From: an uncultured Candidatus Saccharibacteria bacterium | GTDB taxonomy: Bacteria > Patescibacteriota > Saccharimonadia > Saccharimonadales > AWTP1-31 | Length of the DNA stretch: 64,000 bases | Assembly (NCBI GenBank): GCA_964615565.1 | Contig: CAZTPC010000003.1 | Coordinates: forward strand, 68-64,067 | Direction: 5' to 3' | Part shown: positions 28,034-36,618 of the stretch, piece after piece | How the letters are laid out: each line of letters starts with the position of its first letter | Numbering within the stretch: position 1 is the stretch's first letter | Notes under the pieces: generated by a model | Database searches by the model: none | Told to the model about the DNA's origin: nothing | Seen by the model: only the letters and a program-made list of their open reading frames with translations | Translations under genes and position numbers: made by a program

Positions 28034-29266
28034 ATGCACATTGCCATGTTCACGGATTACTACCTGCCGACACTCGGGGGCGTCCAAACGTCTATCAAAG
28101 CACAAAAAGAAGCACTGGAACTCGCTGGTCATACTGTTACCGTATTTTGCCCATTAACTAAACCAAGCACAGACCCAACTATCGTCAGACTTCCAACCTC
28201 TAGAAAGTTTAGTCCTGGTGGATACCCCTTTGTGTGGCCACCGCAAAAGGCAATTAAAACTGCTCGTGACGAGCTCATAAAACTGGGTGATATAGATATT
28301 GTCCACACCCATAGCGAGATGGGCGCAACAATCGCCGGCTTAGTTGCCGGTAAGGAGCTGGGAATACCTCTGGTTCAGACAATGCACGGCCGAATCGATG
28401 TATATACCAAACACCTACCAGCTCCGGTGCTGATGTCGCATATCTTAGAGAAACTACACAGTAAACACATACAACACCTTTCGATCGTCAAAAATGATAG
28501 TTCACACTACACCAAAACAGCTTTGGCACGACGTATGTGGAAGATCATGGTTAATCAGGCAAATTTTACCAATCATGTTATCGTCCCTTCCAAACATTTT
28601 GCCGACAAGTTACTAAAACAAGGTGTTACAACGCCTTTGTCCGTGCTCTCTAATGGCTTAGAGGATTCTGTTTTGCAGCAGCTAGTGCGCAGTAAACCAA
28701 GGAAACTAGCCAAGAATCAGAAGCTAAAGATACTTTGGTGCGGCCGCGTATCCCCAGAGAAGCGACCGATCGAGTTCTTGAAAGCCGTTCGGTTCCTAAA
28801 AAACGTAGAAGTTAGTATGTACGGCGACGGTGTGGACATGGCAAAGGTGAAGCGGTATATCGTACGCTACCACCTCGAGGATCGAGTAACCGTCTACGGT
28901 GGTGTGCCTCAAAAAGATATCTTGCGGGCAATGGCTAGTTGTCATCTATTCATTTCTACATCATACGACTTCGATAACCAACCCATGGTATTACTCGAGG
29001 CTATGGCTGCTGGCCTACCGGCAATGTTTTGTGACCCTGACATGACCGAGGTAGTCCCAGCTAAAGGATCGACCTTAACAAATTCCCCAGATGCGCAAGG
29101 TATTGCCGAGTCTATCGAAAAGTTACAGGATTCGCCTGAGCAGATCAGCCATATGAGTAAGGCTATGCTTAGTAGCAAGAAACAGGCCGCCCAACAAAGC
29201 TATACCACGCAGCTACTTCGGATCTACGCTACAGCTATCAAGCAATCTGCTTCGCCTCAGAAATAA
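28034..29266 (+). CDS. GT4 glycosyltransferase resembling diacylglycerol glycosyltransferases (MGS-type glycolipid synthases)
   Basis: The N-terminus MHIAMFTDYYLPTLGGVQTSIKAQKEALELAGHTVTVFCP follows the FxxxYxPxxxGVxTS pattern of alpha-monoglucosyl-DAG synthases. The C-terminal E(x7)E region is LLEAMAAGLP. Confidence 0.7.
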   Translation: MHIAMFTDYYLPTLGGVQTSIKAQKEALELAGHTVTVFCPLTKPSTDPTIVRLPTSRKFSPGGYPFVWPPQKAIKTARDELIKLGDIDIVHTHSEMGATIAGLVAGKELGIPLVQTMHGRIDVYTKHLPAPVLMSHILEKLHSKHIQHLSIVKNDSSHYTKTALARRMWKIMVNQANFTNHVIVPSKHFADKLLKQGVTTPLSVLSNGLEDSVLQQLVRSKPRKLAKNQKLKILWCGRVSPEKRPIEFLKAVRFLKNVEVSMYGDGVDMAKVKRYIVRYHLEDRVTVYGGVPQKDILRAMASCHLFISTSYDFDNQPMVLLEAMAAGLPAMFCDPDMTEVVPAKGSTLTNSPDAQGIAESIEKLQDSPEQISHMSKAMLSSKKQAAQQSYTTQLLRIYATAIKQSASPQK

Positions 29267-30029
29267 TATAGTCTGCCAGGAACTTGTATTGTTTGAGAGG
29301 TAAGTGATGCCCGCCGGCAAGATTAATAACCTTCATCTTGTCAGCTCGTAGTGACGTTAGCTCACTACCTGAGTAGTATTTATCGTCTTTGGAATAAATG
29401 ACGCTAACAGGCATAGGCAATGAATGCAGGTCGCTCAACGGCTGATAACCGATGATTGTGTTACGCAGGCTTCGCAGAAATGATGCTCTAGTATGGGTAA
29501 AGTACTCATCAGCAATGTCAGCCATATTTGGCTTGGAACCATGTAGAAATCGAGGTACTTTCTTGCCGATCCGAGTACCTAGGCCAGCATGAACTGCTCG
29601 CCCAAGTGGACTAACATATGCCTTATGGAAGATCGACTGCGTGCCAAGTATCATTTTTTGGGCTTGTTTTTTATCGGTGAATGTAGGCATATTCACTAGC
29701 ACAAGCCGAGAGACGAGTTCCGGGTGTGTCTTGGCAATCCTAGTTGCGATCATTGCGCCCATAGAATGCCCAACGAGAACTACAGGTCCTTCAAGATCGG
29801 CAAGCACATTGTGTACGATACTCTCGGCATGTTGGTCTACATCGTATAGCCCATCTTTGGGCTTTTGTGACAACCCGAAACCAAGTATGTCGGGAGTGAT
29901 CACCTGTAGTGTCTTGGTAGGGAGCCGCTTAACAACGAGATCCCAATACTTATGGGACGTTTCAAAACCATGAAGGAAGACCACTGGTGTACCAGTTCCT
30001 TTCTGAACCGTATGAAGCATATAGTCCAT
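29238..30029 (-). CDS. Alpha/beta hydrolase
   Basis: VVFLHGF and the nucleophile elbow GHSMGA are present, with a C-terminal GGHHLP. The start is taken at the ATG of MDYMLHTV, immediately downstream of the terminator. Confidence 0.75.
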   Translation of the reverse strand: MDYMLHTVQKGTGTPVVFLHGFETSHKYWDLVVKRLPTKTLQVITPDILGFGLSQKPKDGLYDVDQHAESIVHNVLADLEGPVVLVGHSMGAMIATRIAKTHPELVSRLVLVNMPTFTDKKQAQKMILGTQSIFHKAYVSPLGRAVHAGLGTRIGKKVPRFLHGSKPNMADIADEYFTHTRASFLRSLRNTIIGYQPLSDLHSLPMPVSVIYSKDDKYYSGSELTSLRADKMKVINLAGGHHLPLKQYKFLADYIISEAKQIA

Positions 30030-30035
30030 TGTAAC

Positions 30036-30060
30036 AAAAAGAACCCCGATTAAGGGGTTC
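30036..30060 (-). terminator. Rho-independent terminator ending the rpsP-KH transcription unit
   Basis: The minus strand reads GAACCCC-TTAATC-GGGGTTC-TTTTT, a perfect 7-bp stem with a T-run. Confidence 0.7.
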
Positions 30061-30178
30061 CGTCTGTCACATAAAGCTCCCAATGATTCTGAGTTACAGG
30101 TCACTGGCTCGCAAGAGCTTGTTTTCTATTTCAATAAAAAACCTTTTTGTCTTTGTAAGACTAGGTAGAAGTTTACGC

Positions 30179-30673
30179 TTAGATGTCTAAGTCGTCAAGG
30201 TCTTCAAGTTCGCGGCGAGTTTTCTTAGCCATATCACTTGGCTCGTCGCTGACGTCATCCAACTCAGGTTCGCCCGCTTCAATGACTTCGTCATTAGCAG
30301 CCGCAACGGTTGTGGTGTCGTCTTGCGCGGTGTCGTCTGCTGAATCATCGGATGAAGTATTGTCGCTTGAATCATTTGCTTGGGCTGACTCTGGCTTACG
30401 AGCAGGTCGCTCGTAGTCTTCTGGGCCGTTGTCTACGATCTTAAGGTTATAACGAGCATCGTTCTTGGTTCCTAGTGCACGAAGCAGTGTGCGAAGGCTC
30501 TGTGCGGTTGCACCGCGCTTACCAATGATGCGACCGAGGTCTTCTGGGTCAACGGTGAGCTCTAGGAGCACGCCTTTCTCGTCGATTCGACGCTCGATAA
30601 CAACTTGATCTGGATTCCCAACGAGGGATTTTACGATATATTCAACAAAGTCTTGGTCAATATTACTGCTCAT
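30179..30673 (-). CDS. KH-domain RNA-binding protein (KhpA/YlqC-like) with a long acidic C-terminal tail
   Basis: A CAGGAG Shine-Dalgarno lies 8 nt upstream of MSSNIDQ. The KH core is VIERRIDEKGVLLELTVDPEDLGRIIGKRGATAQSLRTLL. The tail is about 85 aa and rich in D, E and S. Confidence 0.8.
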   Translation of the reverse strand: MSSNIDQDFVEYIVKSLVGNPDQVVIERRIDEKGVLLELTVDPEDLGRIIGKRGATAQSLRTLLRALGTKNDARYNLKIVDNGPEDYERPARKPESAQANDSSDNTSSDDSADDTAQDDTTTVAAANDEVIEAGEPELDDVSDEPSDMAKKTRRELEDLDDLDI

Positions 30674-30775
30674 GGCTGAACTCCTGTTTACTCTGACCTT
30701 TTCAGTATAGCAAACTGCCAAACAAAAAGTCCGGGATTGTCCCGGACTTTGAAAGATTCTTGCGATTTAAAAAGC

Positions 30776-31240
30776 TTAGGCTTCTTCTTTTTTCTCTTCT
30801 TCTACAGCTTCTTCAGCTGGAGCTTCGGTTACTTCTTCAGTAGTTTCTACTGTAGCTTCAGCTGCAGGTGCTTCTTCAGCAACGTCTGCCGGAGCTTCTT
30901 CTGCGACTTCTTCAGCCTTTTCTTCAGCTGGCTGGTTCTTGCGAAGCTTTTCAGCATTACGGATTGTGCGAGCACGATCGGTAGAAAGCGCTACCCATTC
31001 TGGGAGCTTAACACCTTCTTTTTGTAGTAGACGGGCAACACGGTCTGATGGTTGTGCTCCGTTACTTAGGTAAAAGCTAGCTTTTTCGGTGTCCACAGAT
31101 ACAGCCTTGGTATGTGGGTCGTAGTGACCGAGGTTGGCAACTACTTTACCACTGGTTGGGGTTAGGCGTGAGTCTTGAACAACAACGCGGAACATTGCAT
31201 GTCCCTTACGTCCGGTTCGTTGCATTCGAATAGCTAGCAT
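30776..31240 (-). CDS. rpsP: 30S ribosomal protein S16 with an acidic Glu/Ala-rich C-terminal extension
   Basis: MLAIRMQRTGRKGHAMFRVVVQDSR is the classical S16 N-terminus. The last 55 aa or so are EEAPA/EEV repeats. Confidence 0.9.
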   Translation of the reverse strand: MLAIRMQRTGRKGHAMFRVVVQDSRLTPTSGKVVANLGHYDPHTKAVSVDTEKASFYLSNGAQPSDRVARLLQKEGVKLPEWVALSTDRARTIRNAEKLRKNQPAEEKAEEVAEEAPADVAEEAPAAEATVETTEEVTEAPAEEAVEEEKKEEA

Positions 31241-31319
31241 AGGTTTACGATCTTCTCTTTCTTGTATCCATTTAGATTTCTAAAATGACTTTGCTCTATT
31301 TTACAGATAACGACCTCTA

Positions 31320-31349
31320 TTGTCAACTCTTGCCAATCCAGGCTACAAT
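31320..31349 (+). promoter_or_regulatory. Sigma70-like promoter TTGTCA-N18-TACAAT, 7 nt upstream of the ATG at 31357 (leaderless-type)
   Basis: Read directly from the sequence. There is no Shine-Dalgarno before the ATG of MKGDKTT. Confidence 0.45.
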
Positions 31350-31356
31350 ACCTGAA

Positions 31357-33147
31357 ATGAAGGGCGACAAAACTACAAAAAACCTAGCCCGTGATAAAGC
31401 AGTGACACGAGGAGCTATCAAGCTGTTCTTTACAGCAATGCGCGCCAGGCGAGTAATATCGATTTGGAGCTATTTGGGGTACGTCGTAAATATTGTAAGT
31501 GGGGTTGTCGTTCCGTTTTACATTGCTTCGATAATTGAGAAGATAGCGTACCGTCAGTTCGATAGCGCAATGTCATTAATAATCTGGCTCAGTGTGATCC
31601 TTGCCGCGAACCTTGTTATACGAACTATCTGGAACACCGTTTTCGCCCTAAACGGAGTGGCGACATCGAACTATCTGTATAAAATTATGTTCGATAAGAC
31701 TATTCACCAGGATTACGATTTTTTCTCTAGCCAGTACACTGGAGCCCTGTCATCTCACGTCCAGCGTATGTCAAATGCTGCAATTGACTTCCATAACTTA
31801 TGGTATGAGACGCTCCCTGCGGTCGTCACGACCATTTTAGGTAGCACTATCGTTCTGTGTATTAAATCCCCGTTTCTTGGGCTGATAACGGCGCTCTGTG
31901 TCATTGTAATCACCATAATAACAACCATTGCAGCTAGCTTACGCCTGGGGCTGCGGCGGAAGTTCTCGGTTAGTGTAGGAATATTAGCTGGGCAGTTATC
32001 TGATTCTCTTAGTCACGCTGTCACCGTTAAGTCTTTAGCCAAGGAAAATTCCGAGGCTAAAAGGCTGGAGGGGTACGTTAATGATTGGTCAAAGAACCAG
32101 TTACTAATGTGGCATAGCTACACAGCCGCTGATAGCGTACGCACAGCTTTCCATAGCGTTATGTTCATAATTATCCTTGTCACATCGCTCTTGCTCTTTA
32201 GGGACGGCAAGATTGGCATCGCGACCATTACACTCGTGCAGCTATATACTATTCGCCTCTTGGATGCCACGGTTCAGGTAGCATCAATGATCAAGCGATA
32301 TGAGAACCAGATGAGTGACGCGTATCAGATGATGCGGATACTCCAGAGACAGCCCGAGATTCAGGATCGGCCAGAAACAGTAAAACTGCCTAAAACCAAC
32401 AAATATAATCTTGCGTTTAACGCTGTAAGTTTTGCATACGATACATCTTCCGAGAAGGTACTTAACGATTTCTCATTATCTATTCGCCCAGGTGAGCGCA
32501 TTGGGGTGGTCGGCGCAAGTGGCGCCGGAAAGTCAACTCTAACCAAACTCATCCTTCGCTTTCACGATGTTACCGACGGGTCCATAACAATAAACGATAT
32601 TGACATCCGTGATCTCTCTCAGAAAGATCTTCGGAGACTGGTTAGCTATGTACCACAAGAGCCATTGCTATTTCACCGTAGCATTCTAGAGAATATTTCG
32701 TACGCAAATGAGAACGCGCCCATTGAAGCAGTCAAGAAAGCCGCCGACATGGCAACCGTTTCGGCATTCACTAATAAACTACCCGAGGGATTAGACACTT
32801 TGGTTGGTGAGCGTGGTGTAAAGCTAAGCGGCGGGCAACGTCAACGGGTTGCTATTGCACGGGCAATTCTACATGATGCGCCAATATTAGTCTTGGATGA
32901 AGCTACCAGCGCCCTGGATAGCGAGACCGAGGTGCATATTCAAAAAGCCCTGTGGAGCCTCATGAAGGGCAAGACAGCCATTGTAATAGCCCACCGACTA
33001 AGCACAATCCAAAAGATGGACCGCATCATTGTAGTGGACGATGGTGTCCTGCTGGAGCAAGGCACCCATGATGAACTACTCACTCAAGACGGAATTTATG
33101 CAAGATTATGGAAGCACCAATCTGGCGGTTTCCTTGGTTCACTCTAA
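31357..33147 (+). CDS. ABC exporter, fused permease/ATPase (MsbA/type I exporter-like)
   Basis: A 6-TM N-terminal half is followed by Walker A GASGAGKST, signature LSGGQRQR, Walker B LVLDEATSALD and H-loop AHRL. Confidence 0.85.
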   Translation: MKGDKTTKNLARDKAVTRGAIKLFFTAMRARRVISIWSYLGYVVNIVSGVVVPFYIASIIEKIAYRQFDSAMSLIIWLSVILAANLVIRTIWNTVFALNGVATSNYLYKIMFDKTIHQDYDFFSSQYTGALSSHVQRMSNAAIDFHNLWYETLPAVVTTILGSTIVLCIKSPFLGLITALCVIVITIITTIAASLRLGLRRKFSVSVGILAGQLSDSLSHAVTVKSLAKENSEAKRLEGYVNDWSKNQLLMWHSYTAADSVRTAFHSVMFIIILVTSLLLFRDGKIGIATITLVQLYTIRLLDATVQVASMIKRYENQMSDAYQMMRILQRQPEIQDRPETVKLPKTNKYNLAFNAVSFAYDTSSEKVLNDFSLSIRPGERIGVVGASGAGKSTLTKLILRFHDVTDGSITINDIDIRDLSQKDLRRLVSYVPQEPLLFHRSILENISYANENAPIEAVKKAADMATVSAFTNKLPEGLDTLVGERGVKLSGGQRQRVAIARAILHDAPILVLDEATSALDSETEVHIQKALWSLMKGKTAIVIAHRLSTIQKMDRIIVVDDGVLLEQGTHDELLTQDGIYARLWKHQSGGFLGSL

Positions 33148-33927
33148 TTATTTACGTGGCTGGCTAAGTGCTTCGTCAAGAAGCAAACTTACTTCGTTAT
33201 ATTGATCTAGAACGCGCTCAGTAGCTGGACCGGCTGGCGTATAAGTTGTGAACTGTGTGTTATTCACAGAAAATGTTGGACCAAGATCATTAAGTCTTTC
33301 GCCATTGTCGCTGTACATAGTGAAGGTGTTCCCAAGATCAAAGTCGTTTCCACTAAAATCATACTTGAAGTATGGGCCGCCTGAAGTTTGAGGATCATCA
33401 ATAGTGTCGGTATAGAAGGAAAGTTTCTTGAATAAACCAGTAGAGCTACGTAGTAGTGAGAATTCCTTGGAAGTCATGCCGACTTTGTCTTCGAAAGTTA
33501 AACGAATTGTTTCATCACCTGTTTCTGGATCGACAGAGTTATTGACAGCCATGGTGCGACCATCTTCTAGTGTGTAGTCACCGCCAATGGCATTAGCAGA
33601 TGTGATCTTACCTGCAATGTCGCCCATAAGGAATGGCATAGCACCACGAAGATCGCGCTCCATATGGTCTTGATCGTCGCCATATTCGTCGGAGTCGTCG
33701 CCATGCTCATCTACGTTTTTATCAAGTGTGTTTAGCGCTTGCTGTGTTGTGGCAAATTCTGTACCGCGCTCGCTCCAGTTGATGTACTTATCAAAGCCAA
33801 AAGCACCACCAACAACCACTGCAAAACCACCGACAGCGAGAACACTGCGTACGGCGAATCTGCGCCATTCGTTAGGGGTGTGCTGTGCATCACCCAACTG
33901 TAGAGTAGGGTCTGAATTCATAGACAT
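33148..33927 (-). CDS. Hypothetical membrane-anchored protein
   Basis: 259-aa ORF with one N-terminal TM helix (VLAVGGFAVVVGGAFGF) and no recognised domain. Confidence 0.45.
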   Translation of the reverse strand: MSMNSDPTLQLGDAQHTPNEWRRFAVRSVLAVGGFAVVVGGAFGFDKYINWSERGTEFATTQQALNTLDKNVDEHGDDSDEYGDDQDHMERDLRGAMPFLMGDIAGKITSANAIGGDYTLEDGRTMAVNNSVDPETGDETIRLTFEDKVGMTSKEFSLLRSSTGLFKKLSFYTDTIDDPQTSGGPYFKYDFSGNDFDLGNTFTMYSDNGERLNDLGPTFSVNNTQFTTYTPAGPATERVLDQYNEVSLLLDEALSQPRK

Positions 33928-33956
33928 ATTTTACTACTTTAGACTGTTTTTGTCAA

Positions 33957-34658
33957 TTACTCAGTTGTGTTATAGGTTGCAAGAGCAGCTTCGGCGGCTT
34001 TTTGCTGACCGGCTTGTTTACTTGGGCCAGTTCCCTGACCTTTGAGCTTACCAGCCACAAAAACACCTACCGTAAAGACTTTGTCGTGATCCGGGCCTTC
34101 TTCACTCAAGACCTTGTATACAGGAGTAGCGCCGTCGCGACTCTGAGCGGCCTCTTGGAAATGAGACTTTGGATCCATCCATGAACCTGTGGCTAGAATT
34201 TCGTCAAAAGTACAAATGAGGCTGTCGTGGATGAATTTGCTTGCAGCGTCATAACCTTGATCTAGGTATATAGCACCAACAACCGCTTCGTAGCAGTTTG
34301 CTAAAATCTGAGCACGTGCACGGTCGGTACCGCGCTTTTCGCCCCGGCTAAGACGCAGTAATGGCTCGAAGTCGTGCTTTGAGGCGGCAGCACTAATGCT
34401 CTCGGTGCGAACGAGTGCACTGCGCCAGTTGGTCAGTACGCCCTCTGGGTCTTTGTAGTTTCCGTACAAATAGCTGGTAACTACTAGTTCGAGCACGGCA
34501 TCGCCAAGAAATTCGAGGCGTTCGTTGTGCTCGCTAGCGGTTTTACGGTGTTCGTTAACATACGAACGGTGCGTAAACGCCGTTACGAGTAGTTGGGTGT
34601 CCGAGAAAGTTACGTGTAGTTTATCGGTCGCGAAGGTCTTGTATGCAGAAAAATCCAT
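33957..34658 (-). CDS. rnc: Ribonuclease III
   Basis: The signature NERLEFLGDAVLE is present, followed by a C-terminal dsRBD (GPDHDKVFTVGV...GTGPSKQAGQQKAAEAAL). Confidence 0.92.
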   Translation of the reverse strand: MDFSAYKTFATDKLHVTFSDTQLLVTAFTHRSYVNEHRKTASEHNERLEFLGDAVLELVVTSYLYGNYKDPEGVLTNWRSALVRTESISAAASKHDFEPLLRLSRGEKRGTDRARAQILANCYEAVVGAIYLDQGYDAASKFIHDSLICTFDEILATGSWMDPKSHFQEAAQSRDGATPVYKVLSEEGPDHDKVFTVGVFVAGKLKGQGTGPSKQAGQQKAAEAALATYNTTE

Positions 34659-34661
34659 AGG

Positions 34662-35273
34662 TTATAGCCCTAGTTTACCATCACGTATCTTCTTAAGTGC
34701 CAATAAAATAAGCTTTTGGATATCGTCGTATTCAATTTTGTCCAAGGCCTCTGAGGCTGGGAACCACTTAATTCCGTTCATCCAGTCTTCTGGAGTAATA
34801 TCGTTTGTATCACCAAGTGCCTGAATTAGAAATATTTCCGTGGTCATAAGTACAAGACTGTTTGTTCGGCGGTAACGGAAGTTAATCTTACCTAACCAAT
34901 TAAGTACCCGTACTTTCTTTAACCCAGTTTCTTCGCCAACTTCGCGCTCTGCGGTCTGTTTTGCTTCTTCGCCCTCTTCGATATGCCCTTTAGGGATAGT
35001 CCAGCGATCTTTGGCGTCCTGAATAAGCAAGATTTCAATCTCTTGCTTTTCACTACGACGAAATACCACACCGCCTGCGGTAGGCTCACGTACTACTTCG
35101 CTAATTGCAGGTCGTCGCTTTACGTACTTCTTAATATTCTGAAATGGTCGATTAAATGGACCCTTGGAAACACTCTTGGAAGGACTATTTGTAGTAGCAC
35201 TGTCTGGAGTGTTAGCAGAATTGTTCGAAGAGTTATTCTGAGATCGTTTTAATGGGTTACTTGGTCGTTTCAT
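34662..35273 (-). CDS. NUDIX hydrolase with a Ser/Asn/Pro-rich basic N-terminal region
   Basis: The Nudix box is GHIEEGEEAKQTAEREVGEETGL (Gx5Ex7REUxEExGU). Confidence 0.8.
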   Translation of the reverse strand: MKRPSNPLKRSQNNSSNNSANTPDSATTNSPSKSVSKGPFNRPFQNIKKYVKRRPAISEVVREPTAGGVVFRRSEKQEIEILLIQDAKDRWTIPKGHIEEGEEAKQTAEREVGEETGLKKVRVLNWLGKINFRYRRTNSLVLMTTEIFLIQALGDTNDITPEDWMNGIKWFPASEALDKIEYDDIQKLILLALKKIRDGKLGL

Positions 35274-35746
35274 GCGTTAGCTTTCTTTAAGTTCAAGCTT
35301 TCAGGCAACTGTAGTGTCTTATCTTCGATACTGCGAAGGATAGTCCCTAGCACACCATTGATAAACTTAGAGCTGTTCTCGCCTCCAAATGCTTTGGATA
35401 GCTCAACAGCTTCGTTAATGACTACCTTTGGTGGCACGTCATCTTCACTAAGCAGTTCGTACAGGCTCAACCTGAGAACCATGCGGTCCATACGGGCAAT
35501 TTGGGCAATTGGCCATTCCGGCGCAACTGGCTGTAGGACTGCGTCTAGATCTTCGTAGAGTTTAGCAACTCCTTCGGAAAGACGCTTAATAAAATCAGTG
35601 TCATCTACGGTTTCGGCGTAACGGCGAACATTACGCTCTAGAATTTCGACAAGATCAACATTTTCATCCCCACAATCGCGGCGAAAGTCATACTCATAAA
35701 GAGTCTGGAGTGCCAGGATACGACCGAGGTGACGGTTTGATGCCAT
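35270..35746 (-). CDS. nusB: Transcription antitermination factor NusB
   Basis: RHLGRILALQTLYEYDF and INEAVELSKAFGGENSSKFINGVLG are typical NusB blocks. Confidence 0.85.
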   Translation of the reverse strand: MASNRHLGRILALQTLYEYDFRRDCGDENVDLVEILERNVRRYAETVDDTDFIKRLSEGVAKLYEDLDAVLQPVAPEWPIAQIARMDRMVLRLSLYELLSEDDVPPKVVINEAVELSKAFGGENSSKFINGVLGTILRSIEDKTLQLPESLNLKKANA

Positions 35747-35819
35747 ATTGTTAAATCCTATCTGCTACAGAGCTATCTCTGTAGACATAACCATTATAAC
35801 CCAGATTAAATGTCCGAGA

Positions 35820-35969
35820 CTATTTACTTAGTGTCTTGCCGCTCTCACGGCGAGTAGTAAAGATCTTTACCGGTGATTTACCGTTAACGACGCGTGCTAG
35901 TTTAAGAACTAGGTGGCTTCGTCGTGTGCCGGTTCGTCGGGGACTGGTTCGCTTCTTTGGTTTTCCCAT
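35820..35969 (-). CDS. rpmF: 50S ribosomal protein L32-like (49 aa, no Cys ribbon), not in the ORF track
   Basis: My translation is MGKPKKRTSPRRTGTRRSHLVLKLARVVNGKSPVKIFTTRRESGKTLSK. The N-terminal PKKRTSxxRxxxRRSH matches the L32 signature. AGGAG lies upstream. Confidence 0.55.
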   Translation of the reverse strand: MGKPKKRTSPRRTGTRRSHLVLKLARVVNGKSPVKIFTTRRESGKTLSK

Positions 35970-36082
35970 AGAAAAACAGAACTCCTGTTAGATTAGTTAA
36001 TAAGTTATGCTCAAGTATACTCTATTTCACCCCTATAAACAAGCTTCACTAGTTACTAGTCAGTTCTTTGTAAAAAACGACG

Positions 36083-36111
36083 TTGACGGGTTGTTTTTAT
36101 TTGGGTAGCCT
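36083..36111 (+). promoter_or_regulatory. Promoter TTGACG-N17-TAGCCT, 6 nt upstream of the ATG at 36118 (leaderless-type)
   Basis: Read directly from the sequence, with no Shine-Dalgarno. Confidence 0.35.
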
Positions 36112-36117
36112 GGCTAC

Positions 36118-36618
36118 ATGCCAAGTAAGTCCGAGCTCGAGAGTTTAGGCACACCGCTGGAGAGTCCGAGAATGCCTACGCTTGTTAAGATTGGTCAGTG
36201 GTATGCGTACAGACATAACAGGACTATGCCCGCCAAAGCCACACCAGAAGATTACCGCAACTGGCATTGGCAAGGCGTGCGCGCAATCGCTAAATATTCG
36301 GCGATCATTGCATTATCCTTAACAACTGTCGTACTACCTTTACGCTGCGCAATGAATAGGGCCAAAGAGGAGTGCAAAGATTACACAATGCTCGACTTCG
36401 GAGAAACATCAGAGCAGGCATTTAGCCACACTGAGGACATACTAGTAACCCCCAAAGGCTACAAGATAAACGAGCTCTACAATGTCTTCGACGAAGGCGG
36501 AACGATACATACTTGCGTGTACGACACTATACAGAAGTTAGACAGCGTTGCAGCCGACTTCCGTACCGCAAGCGGCGATTACGACACTACTGCAGCAACA
36601 ACTACACTACCAAGTTGA
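36118..36618 (+). CDS. Hypothetical protein with one TM segment
   Basis: 166-aa ORF. Its 3' end overlaps the leuS 3' end by 17 nt, and the two genes converge. Confidence 0.45.
   Translation: MPSKSELESLGTPLESPRMPTLVKIGQWYAYRHNRTMPAKATPEDYRNWHWQGVRAIAKYSAIIALSLTTVVLPLRCAMNRAKEECKDYTMLDFGETSEQAFSHTEDILVTPKGYKINELYNVFDEGGTIHTCVYDTIQKLDSVAADFRTASGDYDTTAATTTLPS

Noticed and set aside
30737-31027. A 96-aa Phe/Ser/Cys-rich ORF on the plus strand
   Set aside because: It is antisense to the Glu/Ala-rich tail of rpsP. It is a mirror artefact of the GAA/GCT-rich repeats, and the rpsP assignment is secure.
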